34,471 nucleotides of DNA from Prasinococcaceae sp. CCMP 1430. Lineage: Eukaryota; Plantae; Prasinodermophyta. The notes below the pieces were generated by a model. That model had not been told where the DNA came from, ran no database searches, and saw only the letters and a list, made by a program, of their open reading frames with translations. The position numbers were made by a program, and so were the translations under genes. Within the stretch, counting starts at the first letter, position 1. Every line of letters starts with the position of its first letter. Location of the stretch: positions 1,103,502 through 1,137,972 of the forward strand of contig RQSC01000028.1 of the NCBI GenBank assembly GCA_013416795.1, read 5' to 3'. This document shows positions 22,100 to 32,255 of this stretch, piece by piece.

Positions 22100-23399
22100 A
22101 TGGCATTGCGCTTCGCATCGGGTCTGGAGGCGCCGGCGCCGGGGGACGCGTTGTGGGAGTGGCTCGCGCAGGCGGGGGGCGGCCGCGCGGAGCGCGACTG
22201 GGGGAGGGTGCTAGGTGCGCTGTCAGCGCGGCGCACACGCACCCGCGCACTGACGCTCGCACGCACGAATGGACGCCCGCCCGCCCGCCCGCGTGACCAT
22301 GCATACTGACACGTGCGTGCTCGCGCTTGCGCAAACACTCACACACGCACGCAAACGCACACGCACACGCACACAGATGCGGGAACCGGCGTGGACTCGC
22401 TGCGTTGGGTGGCGTCGCTCGCGTGCGACTGGGAGAACACCGTGGCAGTGACAGCGTCGAGGCCGATGCGCGACCGCATTCTGCGCGAGCTGGGCGAGGA
22501 AATGCACGGCGTGCGCACCGAAGAGATTGTCGTGTGCCACAACTGGTCCAAAATTAGGCTCGCGAACGCCGACGTCGGCGCAAACGGTGCGAAGCGCGCA
22601 CACGCGCACACACGCACGCACACACATCACACACGCTCATCGCACAGACACACATGCATGCAGGCGCACACTGACACGTGAAATCGCGCGCACAGGTGCA
22701 GACTCCGGCGCCCACGGCGGTGTTGGCGCCAACGGCGGCGCCAACGGCGCCAACGGCGCCAACGGCGCCAACGATACCAACAATGCGGGCGCCAGTACGG
22801 CCGATGAGGAGACGGGCTGCTCTCGCGCGATGGGCGAGTTCGACACGGTGCTGGCGGACTACCTCTTCGGCTCGCTGGAGTACTTCTGGCCTTTCAATGA
22901 GGAGAATCTGATGGAGCTGCTCGTGCGGCGCGTCGCCCCGGGTGGGACGCTGCTCTTCATCGGTCGCGAGCCCTTCGCCTACCCTACCTCGAGGGGCTTC
23001 AAGGCGCTGCCCGAGGCGAGCAGGCTCGTGCTGGAGACGGAGCGGCTGCGTGACGGCGCCATGGTGCTCTCCCACCAGCGCGCCTACCGCGAGTTCCCAG
23101 AGCGCGCCATTCGCGAGGCGCTCGCGCGGCGCGGGCTCGTCGTGGAGGCGCGCGCCTTCTTCCGCACGCGCCACACCGCGCGCAGCCTCGCGGGGCAGCT
23201 CGACTGGGCGGCGGCCGAGGCGAGGCGCGTGCCTGACGCTGCGCTGTCCGCCGCGCTGCTCAAGCGCGTCGAAGAGGTGCGCGCCGGGGCCGCCTCGTGC
23301 GAGGGCCTGCGCAAGGGCCACTACCTCGGCGGCAACTACGCCCTTGTGTGCTCGCGCGTGGAGGGGAGCGAGGCAGGGCGAGCGGAGGGCGGGCGGTGA
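22100..23399 (+). CDS. Uncharacterised class I SAM-dependent methyltransferase, ~342 aa; exons 22100..22214, 22377..22586, 22696..23399
   Basis: Splicing rebuilds motif I WGRVL|DAGTG. Later motifs FDTVLADYLFG and PGGTLLFIGREP. Both introns have GTGCG donors, CTGAC branch points and CACAG acceptors. Confidence 0.82.
22725..22772 (+). repeat. Coding 9-bp tandem repeat GGCGCCAAC (Gly-Ala-Asn)
   Basis: Four perfect tandem units at 22737-22772 plus one at 22725-22733. Confidence 0.9.
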
Positions 23400-23671
23400 C
23401 GCCGCCTCACAAGCCACCAGAGGAGCTACCACACCACCAAACCGCGTGGTCGCCGCAATGCCCACGACGCAAGCACAGCACGCCACTTCGCGCGCAAAAC
23501 ACATCCTGTACAGTAAAAGCCTAATACCGTGAAAGCCTCGCGTGCCTGCGCCCGGATGTCGAGGCCATGGCGCGCGCCCCTCGCCGCGTACTGCGGCCGT
23601 CGCGACTGCGCCGCGCGACTGCGCCGCGCCGCGCGGGCCGGAGGCGGGACAAGGGTTTTTACAAGAGAAAC

Positions 23672-25443
23672 TCACGGCGTCAAGCGGCGCGGGTCGCGCG
23701 GGAACATGCTGGACTTGCGGATGTTGCCGAGGCCGCAGAAGAGCATGACCACCCGCTCCATGCCGACGCCGCAGCCGCCGTGGGGCACCGCGCCAAACTT
23801 GAACGAGTCGATGTAGGACTGGATGCCAGCCACATCCATGCCGCAGGCGACGGCGCGCTCCTGCAGTAGCTGCGGGTCGTGAATGCGCTGTGCGCCCGAG
23901 ATGATCTCCTCGCCGCGGATGAAGATGTCGAACGAGTTGGAGAGCTTGTCCGGCTGCTCGGGGCAGGGCATGGTGTAGAACGGGCGGACATTGAGCGGGT
24001 ACTTCTCGAGGATGTAGAAGTCGGTCTTGTACTTCTCCGCAACAATCTCGCCAAGTTTGCGCTCCGTGGGGGTGTCGAGGTCCCCGTACGGATCCTGGTC
24101 GATGCCGTGCTCCTTCAGCAGCGCGCAGCCCTCCGCGAAGGTGAGAATCAGCGTCTCGCGCAGGTAGCGCAGCGGCTTGAAGGGGTGCTGCTCGTTGATC
24201 ACCTTCAGCTCCTCCGAGTAGCGCGAGTTGAGGCCGTCGAACATGTACACGAAGAGCTCCCCCAGCACGTCAAGCACCTCGTGGTAGTGCTCGTTGATGG
24301 CCATCTCGAGGTCGAGGCCGGTGAACTCGCACATGTGCCGGTGCGTGAAGGAGTTTTCCGCGCGGAACACCGGGCCGATCTCGAACACCCGCTCGAAGTC
24401 GGAGCAGATAGCCATCTGCTTGTACAGCTGCGGCGACTGCGCGAGGCAGCCGTTGCGGTCGAAGTACTTGATGTTGAACACGTTCGCGCCGCCCTCCGAG
24501 GTGCCCGCGATGAGCTTGGGCGTGTGGATCTCCTGGAAGCCCTTCGACATGAGGATCTCGCGGAACAGCGCGCAGACGCCGCTTTGCACGGTGAATATCG
24601 CCATGTTGGCCGGGGTTCGCAGGTCAACCACGCGGTTGTCCAGGCGCGTGTCCTGCCCAACGCGCACGTACTCGCTGCCCTCCGCGTTAAGCAGCGTGTC
24701 CGAGCGAGATGCGTCCTCCAGCAGGAAGGGCAGGTTGGGATCGGCAGCGCTCACCACGTGGATGGTCTTGACGGCGAGCTCGGCGTCCTTCTGCGTGCAG
24801 CTCGTGATCTCAGCGTCGGGCTTCGCGACAGTCGCGACCACGTCGACGATGCTCTCCTTGGTGATGTTGGACGCGAACTTGATCATCGGCTTGGAGATCT
24901 GCACGTCATCCGCGAACATGACAGCCTGCACCGTCGCGGTGCGCTGGCGCAGCACCAGGAAGCAGCTCTTTCCCTTGCCGCGCACGGCGTGCACGCTGCG
25001 CGCGCCGACAACGAGGGTGAGTGGGGGGCACGCGACAGTCAGAGTCAGCATCGGCGCCAGTGCCAGCGCCAGTGCTGGCGCGCCGCGTCGCGCTGCGCCG
25101 CCCAGCAGCCGCCGCGATTGGCGCCGAGGGTTATGCGAGACAGCGCCTGCGGCGCAGCGAGCAGGGAACGTACCGGGCGCGCACGAGCACCTCTCCGCCT
25201 GCAAGGCCAGCGTTGAGCTGAGACACGGGGGTCCACACGCGACCGGTCTTCTCCCTGGAGTTGACGATCTCCGCCTTGCCATAGTTGGCCTTGAGCGGGT
25301 CGTCCTCCTGCGCGTTCGCGCGCGCCTGTGGGTCAGCTGCGGGCGTTTCGCGCGCGTGGCGCGCACGCTGCGCAGGCGGTCGCCTCGCTCGCGGCCGCGG
25401 CTGCCCTCCGATAGAGACACTTTACCGCCGTCGTCGCGTCCAT
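23672..25443 (-). CDS. DARS: Cytosolic (eukaryote-type) aspartyl-tRNA synthetase; exons 25443..25426, 25325..25174, 24995..23672
   Basis: DPLKANYG...GRVWT, OB fold RAR|[80 protein letters not shown]. Introns 25326..25425 and 24996..25173; exon 1 is less certain. Confidence 0.96.
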
Positions 25444-25691
25444 CGCCGCCCGCCGGTGGCGCGAGAGGAGCAGGGCTTCAGGCGCGCGCGCGACACACGC
25501 GCTGTCTGGCGCAGTCACCCTGCGATAAACCGCGCGCGCGGCGCCGGCGGCTTCCGAACAGACCCGGCGCCGGAGCGGATCGCGACCGCCGCGTCGGAAC
25601 CCTAGCGAGCCCAGGTTTTCATCGGGCCGACCGACGCCAGCCGATGCGGGGACTATCCGGGAAACTCGGAAAAGACCGGAAAACGCTAGGA

Positions 25692-25982
25692 AAACCCTAC
25701 ATCAGATGGGACTCCGTCAGTCATGCAGTAGCTACTGTACAGTGTACTGTAATTGAGCGTGGCTTGGCTGCCTTGCAGGCAAACTGATGGCGGATTTTGT
25801 TTTTTTTTATTTTGTTTTTGATTGGGAGATTTGACGGCGACTCGGGCGGAAAATGCGCGGCGGGCGAATGCGCCCATTGGTTGGTCGGTTGGTTGGTTTG
25901 GGGGCAAGAAAAAAAGGAGGAAAAAAAAACGCGGCATATTTGGGGCGGCGGCATATCTGGGGTTTTATCAGATGTAGGGTTT
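25692..25982. mobile_element. Possible MITE-like element or paired telo-boxes: a 291-bp AT-richer segment bounded by a 12-bp perfect inverted repeat
   Basis: AAACCCTACATC at 25692-25703 and GATGTAGGGTTT at 25971-25982; no coding capacity recognised. Confidence 0.35.
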
Positions 25983-26211
25983 AAATGATATATGAAAACA
26001 CATGGATGGGTGGCGAGATGCGGCCGCGAATTGCCGGGCGGAGGTTTGGGTTCGATGCGCTGCCGTCGCAGTGCCACACCGCGCGCAGCAGGCGGCGGCG
26101 ATAGGAGGGAGGTGGGCGAGGGGGGGGGGGCAGGGGGCCCTCCGGCGTTGCCGAGGGCGGGGAGGCGGGGAGGCGGAAGGGAGGGTGGGCGACGGGGCGA
26201 GGTAGCGCTGG

Positions 26212-26326
26212 GACGCGTTGGTGGGTGCTTATGGGGACGGCGTCAACGGCTACCTCAGCGGTAGCGCGTACGTTTTCGTTCGCAATGGGACGTCTTGGTC
26301 GCAGCAGTCCAAGCTGGTGGCCAGCG
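26212..26326 (+). pseudogene. Isolated FG-GAP (integrin-alpha propeller-type) repeat fragment ending at an N
   Basis: DALVGAYGDGVNGYLSGSAYVFVRNGTSWSQQSKLVAS fits the ALVGAY-D...SGSAYVF.R.G..W.QQ.KL.AS repeat. Stop at 26203-26205 upstream, N at 26327. Confidence 0.8.
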
Positions 26327-26374
26327 NTCGAGGCAAACATCGCGGGGGCGGCGGCGCCGGTGGCGCGAGCGGCG

Positions 26375-27691
26375 ATGGAGGGCGTGGCGGAGCGCGCTGC
26401 GGCGCGTGATGACGCCGAGGGTGGGGGGTTTGCGGGGAGCGCAGGCTCGCGCGCGCGCCGCACGGGTGGCGCAGGCGCCTCGGCGTGGTGCTCGCGCGAC
26501 ACGGCGGGGATGGCGCCCTTTGGCGGCCTAGGCGCACGTGGAAGCGCTGCGCGTGTGGCCACTGAGGGCGTGGGCGCAGCAGAAGGGGGGGAGGACGCAC
26601 AATGGGGCATCGCGGGCGCGGCGGCACATTTGCACGCGGCCGCGGCCCCCGGCGGGGGCGGCGGCAGCGCGCCGGACCCGTTCGGGCTCGTTGCCAACGA
26701 GATCTCGCAAGTGGCGGAGCGCATGCGCGCACAGGTAACGTCGGACGTGCCGCCGCTGGCGGTGGCCGCGCAGTACTTCTTCCAGGCGGGCGCCGAGGGC
26801 AAGCGATTTCGTCCGACGGTCCTGCTGTTGATGGCGTCGGCCCTCAACCCGCTCGGTGAGGTCGGGAGCGCGCAGCGCACGGCAGAGGTGCTCGAGACGC
26901 GCAGGCGGCAGCAGCGCATCGCCGAGATCACCGAGATGATTCACGTGGCCAGCCTGCTGCACGATGACGTGCTTGACGAGGCGTCGGAGCGGCGCGGCAA
27001 GGAGAGCCTCAACTCTTCGATGGGAAACAAGCTGGCCATCCTCGGGGGCGACTTCCTGCTCGCGCGCGCCTCGATCGCGCTCGCGTCGCTGCGCGATCCC
27101 GACGTCATCGAGATGCTCGCGCGCGTCATCGAGCACCTCGTGACGGGCGAGGTCATGCAGATGACAGCCAAGGAGGACCGGCGCACGAGCTTCGACTACT
27201 ACAAACGCAAGACGTACTACAAGACCGCCAGCCTGGTGGCAAACAGCGCGCGCGCGGTCGCGGCGCTCGGTGGCCACTCTGCGCCCGTGGCGGATGATGC
27301 GTATGCCTATGGCAAGCACGTGGGCCTCGCCTTCCAGTTCGTCGACGACTATTTGGACTACACAAGCAGCTCGTACCTGTTGGGCAAACCCGCGGGCAAC
27401 GACCTGCGGCAGGGCATCGCCACCGCGCCGGTGCTTTTCGCGGCCGAGGAGCGTCCTGAGCTCAACCAGCTCATCCGTCGCAAGTTCAAGGAGCCCGGCG
27501 ACGTGGAGCGTGCGCTGGAGGCCGTGCAGGCCACCGACGGGCTGGAACGCACGCGGCTGCTGGCGGCGGAGCACGCCGCGGCGGCCGTGGCCGCGCTGGA
27601 GAGGCTGCCGCCCACCGCGAGCGCAGAGGCGCTGGTCGCCAGGCAGGCGCTGGTCTCGATCACAGAGCGGGTGTTGTCGCGGAGGAAGTAG
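26375..27691 (+). CDS. Trans-long-chain prenyl (solanesyl/polyprenyl) diphosphate synthase, ubiquinone-side-chain/PPPS-like; start uncertain (ATG 26375 or 26510)
   Basis: DPFGLVANE, GKRFRP, EMIHVASLLHDDVLD (first Asp-rich motif), RRG, GNKLAILGGDFLLARA, GEVMQ, YKTASL, GLAFQFVDDYLD (second motif), GKPAGNDL. Confidence 0.93.
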   Translation: MEGVAERAAARDDAEGGGFAGSAGSRARRTGGAGASAWCSRDTAGMAPFGGLGARGSAARVATEGVGAAEGGEDAQWGIAGAAAHLHAAAAPGGGGGSAPDPFGLVANEISQVAERMRAQVTSDVPPLAVAAQYFFQAGAEGKRFRPTVLLLMASALNPLGEVGSAQRTAEVLETRRRQQRIAEITEMIHVASLLHDDVLDEASERRGKESLNSSMGNKLAILGGDFLLARASIALASLRDPDVIEMLARVIEHLVTGEVMQMTAKEDRRTSFDYYKRKTYYKTASLVANSARAVAALGGHSAPVADDAYAYGKHVGLAFQFVDDYLDYTSSSYLLGKPAGNDLRQGIATAPVLFAAEERPELNQLIRRKFKEPGDVERALEAVQATDGLERTRLLAAEHAAAAVAALERLPPTASAEALVARQALVSITERVLSRRK

Positions 27692-27943
27692 GTGGCCGAG
27701 CTCAGCGGCGAGGCCGGCGGCGCTCGTCCCACCCCAGTCCTGAGGACCCCCCCCCCCCCTCTTTTTTTTTTCTTGCAACTTGCAAATAATAAGCATGCGT
27801 CAGATGATTCTTTCCATCGCGGTGAGTTGCCAGCACCTGCACCCACGCTCCGTAAGTTTTCCCCAGCGGAAGATCCGGATTTTGGCGCCCGCGCAGGCCG
27901 GGTGCTTGCTGCGCGAGCTTGGTTGGGCGAGAACCTGTGAGGT

Positions 27944-29456
27944 TTGCGCGGCGGCTGGGAGCGAGTGGGAGGTGGGCGCACGCGCGTGGGGGGCGGTGGG
28001 CACTCGGCGGGCCGGCGGCGGCCCTCCCGGCGGGCGCGCAACGCGCGGTCCCGCACTGCGGCGCGCGGACGCAAGCTCGCGGCTGCGTCGGGCGAGGGGG
28101 CGGGCGGCGGCGAGAGCGCATCCCCGAGGACAGCTGCGGCGGACTCCTCGGACGGCGCCAGCGGTGGAGATGGCGCGACGTCCGAGGGCGAGGCTCGCAG
28201 GCGCGCCGCCCGCGACGACGCGCGTGAAGCGCTCCGCAGCAGCAGCGAGTACGTGTGGCGCATGCCCTCCGAGCGCATCGAGGCTCTCGTCGGCAAGGCA
28301 CGCGGGGACGACGACGAGGATGACGGGCCGGTGCGTCAAATGCGTGGTACTGACGCGGCTAGCCTTTGCTGCGCGCAGGCCCAGCCTGAGGAGCAGCCCC
28401 TTTGCGCGCAGCGTGCGCGCCGCCCACGGCTTTGGGTACGCCCTCATGTGAGGGTTTTGGGAGGCAGCGCAGCGCGCCGGGTTGCTCAGCTGGGGCGCGG
28501 GCGTTTGCGCGCCCGCGCCCGCGCCCGCGCGCGTCGACCAGCTCTGGCGCTCGGACTTCGGTCGGTGAGCGTGGGGCGCCCGCCGCGGTACTTCGAAGCA
28601 CAGGATGACTGACGCCGATGCGCGTGGCCGTGCTTGCGCATGCGCGCCGGAGCAGTCCGCGTCGGCGACCATCAACGAGGGCAAAGCGGACCCGACGGGT
28701 TCACTGTCCATCGGCGCGTTCAACTCTTGGGCTTCCATGCCCGTGGACACCCAGCCGGACTTTTTCTCAGCACGAGCCGACCGGGAGGCCGAGCGCGCCG
28801 CGGAGCGCGCCGCGCGCGAGGCCGAGCGCGCCGAAATCGAGGCGGCGGCTATCGCCGCAAAGGAGGAGCTGCGGCGCCGCTCAGACGCGGAATATGCGGA
28901 CCTCAAGTCGACTCTGGACCGAGGCGCACTCGTGTGCGCCGGCGGCGGCGCTGCGTATTTGTTTCTCGCCTACGGCCCCGACGCCGCTGCGAGCTATGGT
29001 GTGGGCGCCGCGCTCGGCATCGCGTATTGGGGGGAACTCGTGCGCGAGGTCGACGCGCTAGATGGACAAAATAGCCCGCCGCCCGAGCCCGCACCCGCGC
29101 AGGCAGGGCTGCCGGAGCGCGCGGCGTGGGCCGTGCGCAGGCTGCGCGGCGCATTCCAGCGCGGGCTTTTGCAGCGCCGCATACTGCTGCCAGCGGCAGT
29201 CGCTCCCGTGTGGGCGCTCTGGAATGCTGTGGAGCCAGGTGAGGTCCACCTCGGGCTGCCGCTGCTGTGGGTGGGGTTCTTCGCGTACAAGATCGGCATC
29301 GTTTACTGGGCGTATACCGAGGAAGTGGCGCCTACCTGGGCGGGGGCCGAGCGCGGTGGCGGCATCGACTTCAAGCGACTCGGCTACTCAGCTTGGATAG
29401 CGCTCGGCGTGGTGGCTTTCTACCTCGCGTTCGGGCCTGACTCCCAAGGTCCGTGA
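27944..29456 (+). CDS. Atp1/UncI (CGL160-like) plastid membrane protein; exon structure and start uncertain, last exon probably 28656..29456
   Basis: EYADLK followed by hydrophobic helices, AASYGVGAALGIAY, RILLPAAV, VGFFAYK. Upstream Arg/Ala transit-like frame; candidate introns 28331..28378 (with TACTGAC) and 28436..28655. Confidence 0.62.
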
Positions 29457-29706
29457 CGCTCGCCTGGCGTACACGCAGGCGCGGACGCCAACGAAGCGCG
29501 CGCTTTGCGACAGCACTGTGCGCACGCGGCTGGCCTGCTCGTGAACTAGCGCGCACCTTTTTTTTTAATATGTACGAGGGCTCTCCCCAGACCCGTCAAA
29601 CAGACAGGGCGCCGACACACGCGCCCTCCGAGCAACGTCACTATGACGCGCACGCCGTCCTCGCGCTCGGCCGCGCGGCACCGCGAGCTGTGGAGTCCAA
29701 ACCATC

Positions 29707-30774
29707 CTACGCGGCCTCCGCTGCGGTGGCCTCGCCCTCCTGGGCGCCGTCGGTGATCTTGAGGTGTGCGAGGTAGGTCATGAGGTCGGTGGCCGGCTTG
29801 CCCTTGAGCTCCGCCATCTGGCAGACAGCGCGGTAGAAATGCATGAACGACATGGAGAGCTCGCGAGCAGGCGTGATCTCCACGAAGATCTTCTTGGCCC
29901 CCTTCTCGGTGACGCGCGAGTCCAGCAAATTGCAGTCACGGCAGAGCTTGAGGAAGATGAAATCGCGCATCTCGTCGACGCTGTGCGAGCCTTCTGCCTC
30001 ACCAAAGCGGCAGAAGCGCTCGAAGAGGTTGCGCATGCCGGTGATCACCTCCTCGTCCACGTCGAGCTGCTCGGCGGCAGCGAGCTGCGCGCTGTCCGCC
30101 GAGTACTTGCCCACGTACGGGGTCTTAGGCTTGGGTGCGAGCTTGTCCACGTCCTCTTCCTTGTGCCCCCCGAGCACCAGGGTCCGCTTGCAGAGCTCCT
30201 GCATCGGCACTCCCTTCGTCTCGGCCAGCAGCGCCATTGCGTCCAGGAATTGGTGGTAGCCAAGCTTCATCTCGCCGAAGGGCACGCTCTCCTTGTACAC
30301 CTGGCCCAGCTGCTTGAGACCGAACCCCTCACTCATGACGCCTAGCCCCTCGGCCATCTTCTTGAAGACCTCTTTATTCATGCGCAGCGTGAGCCAGTCG
30401 CCCTCTTGGATTTTGAGGTTGTCGCGCCGCTTGAACGTCTTGAAGCTACACAGACAGTAGAAGATGTCCTTGAGCTCCCGGGTGTCCAGCACGTGCTGTC
30501 GCCGCTTGGACGCGTTGTAGAACGACGCGAACTCATCGAAAGACAGCTCGCCGTCTTCATTCGCGTCGATCCTCTTGAACTCGCGCTCCACAACCTCTTC
30601 GACGTCGGTGTCGTCGAGGCCGTCGAACGCGCCCAGCGCCGCGAGGCAGAACGGCAGCTCATCGCGGCTTATGACGCCGTCGCCATCGAGGTCGTACTTG
30701 TGGAAGACAACCCTGGCCTCTGCCTCGCGCTCGTCTGCCTCAGCGACGAGGTCTTCGAACTTCCAAGATGACAT
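29707..30774 (-). CDS. Protein with two EF-hands plus two p25alpha/TPPP-like repeats, 355 aa
   Basis: EF loops DLDGDGVISRDE and DANEDGELSFDE. The repeats F..FC.F...M....F.K(L/M)...C/G......L..(V/I)F/Y......(L/M).(Y/F)..F..A...(L/M)AE.KG resemble p25alpha. Kozak-like GCCATG. Confidence 0.78.
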   Translation of the reverse strand: MSSWKFEDLVAEADEREAEARVVFHKYDLDGDGVISRDELPFCLAALGAFDGLDDTDVEEVVEREFKRIDANEDGELSFDEFASFYNASKRRQHVLDTRELKDIFYCLCSFKTFKRRDNLKIQEGDWLTLRMNKEVFKKMAEGLGVMSEGFGLKQLGQVYKESVPFGEMKLGYHQFLDAMALLAETKGVPMQELCKRTLVLGGHKEEDVDKLAPKPKTPYVGKYSADSAQLAAAEQLDVDEEVITGMRNLFERFCRFGEAEGSHSVDEMRDFIFLKLCRDCNLLDSRVTEKGAKKIFVEITPARELSMSFMHFYRAVCQMAELKGKPATDLMTYLAHLKITDGAQEGEATAAEAA

Positions 30775-31059
30775 GGCGGAGGCGCGTGTGCTCGCAGCCA
30801 ACCGCGCGCGGCCGGTTCACGCGCAAGCGCTCCGGGGCAGTGCGCGTCGCGCTCCTGGGCCGCTACCGCGACGGCTCGCAGGCCGACGGGGAAGGCAGGA
30901 GCTCCGGCCCGCCGTGGGTGCTCTGCGCGCGGGGGTTGGGGGTGGGGGGGCGGGGGACACCCTTCTCGTGCGGACGGGTGCTTCTACGCCCTCGCGCCGG
31001 CTCGTCCGCGGCTCGCAGAGTGGCGCCCGCCCCCGCCCCGACGCCTCCTCCCGACCCCA

Positions 31060-31185
31060 CCACCCACGCCCCGCACCACGCCCGCGCTCCCTCCCCTTCC
31101 CCCGCTCCCTCTCCCTCCCTCCCGCTCCCTCCCGCGCGCCCGGATATCCCCCCTCCCTCCCCCCCCTCTTTCCCCCCTCCCCGAC
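31060..31185 (+). repeat. Polypyrimidine/polypurine, C-run-rich tract in the divergent intergenic region
   Basis: CCCCGCTCCCTCCCCTTCCCCCGCTCCCTCTCCCTCCCTCCCG... runs. Confidence 0.7.
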
Positions 31186-31340
31186 TGTGACTGTGACGGC
31201 AGTTGGGCGCAGCGCGTGCGCACGAACGCACGGGCGGGCGGGCGGCGGGGGAACGCGCGCTTCAGTCGACATGGGGTGTCCCAGGGGGTTCAGGTTTGGG
31301 GGATTGGGGTTGTCCACGTTGATTTTGATGGGATGGTGGC

Positions 31341-32024
31341 ATGCGCGTGCGTCGGCAGTTTGTGAGCGCTGGCGGCAGAGTTGCGGGAGAAGGGTTTTGG
31401 GAGAGCGGATCGGACCGGCGCGCGGCGCGGCCACACGCGCGGCGGCGCGCCGCAGGCCCTCTCGGGCGCGGCACTGCGCGGCGCAGCGCGGCGCGGTGCG
31501 CCGCCAAGAAGGGCGGCTTCGGCGCGAAGAAGGCGGGCGGCTTCGGCGCGAAGAAGGGGGGCGGCGCGGGCGGCGGCGGTGCTCCGAAGCTCAAGAAGGG
31601 CGACAAGGCGGACAAGTACGGCGTGAGCGTGCGCCGCGCGCCCGGCGGCCGCTGGATGGGCCTCGGCGAGGTGCGCGTTGCGGAGGGCGCGTCGGTCACG
31701 GACGCGGCCGTCGGCCTGGCCACCGAGATTCGCAAGGGCCACAAAAAGCTCTACCCGCAGATGTCCAAGGCGTTCCTGTCGGCCGGTGAGAGCGTCGAGT
31801 TCGGCGTCGTGCCTGGTGGATGGGTGCAGTACATCGACGCCGGTGACGAGAGCGTCACCGTGGTGGACCTCGATGGGGCGGCGGGGGACGCCGTGGCCGC
31901 CGAGTTCAAGACGGCATTCGCCGCGGCCGACTCGCCCGCGCGCCTCTCCGACACCAAGGCGGGCACGCCGCAGGCGCCCAAGCAGATTGGCAAGGCCAAC
32001 CCGAAGGGCTACTTGGAAATGTAA
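31341..32024 (+). CDS. Probable plastid-targeted small protein, possibly HHL1-like
   Basis: Arg/Ala-rich N-terminus, repeated KKGGFG, then V.VR....W..LG.V...EI......YPQ....VEFG resembling HHL1-like domains. The stop overlaps TGTAA. Confidence 0.55.
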   Translation: MRVRRQFVSAGGRVAGEGFWESGSDRRAARPHARRRAAGPLGRGTARRSAARCAAKKGGFGAKKAGGFGAKKGGGAGGGGAPKLKKGDKADKYGVSVRRAPGGRWMGLGEVRVAEGASVTDAAVGLATEIRKGHKKLYPQMSKAFLSAGESVEFGVVPGGWVQYIDAGDESVTVVDLDGAAGDAVAAEFKTAFAAADSPARLSDTKAGTPQAPKQIGKANPKGYLEM

Positions 32025-32255
32025 ACAAGGAGTGCCTCTTCGAAACGGTGCGGACGCCCTTGTTGGTGGAACGCTCCGGCTGTCGCCCGTCTTAAACACC
32101 TCGCGCGGGCCGCGCGCGCCGTCGCCGTCGCTCACCCCTGGCGCAGGCGCCAGGTCGGCCAGCGATCGGCCGCGTCGCCACCTCCGCGAGTGCGCCTATC
32201 TACGTTCGCTGCGCGCTCGGTCCCACGCGCGTGCAGCGCCTGGCTACCTCGAAGA

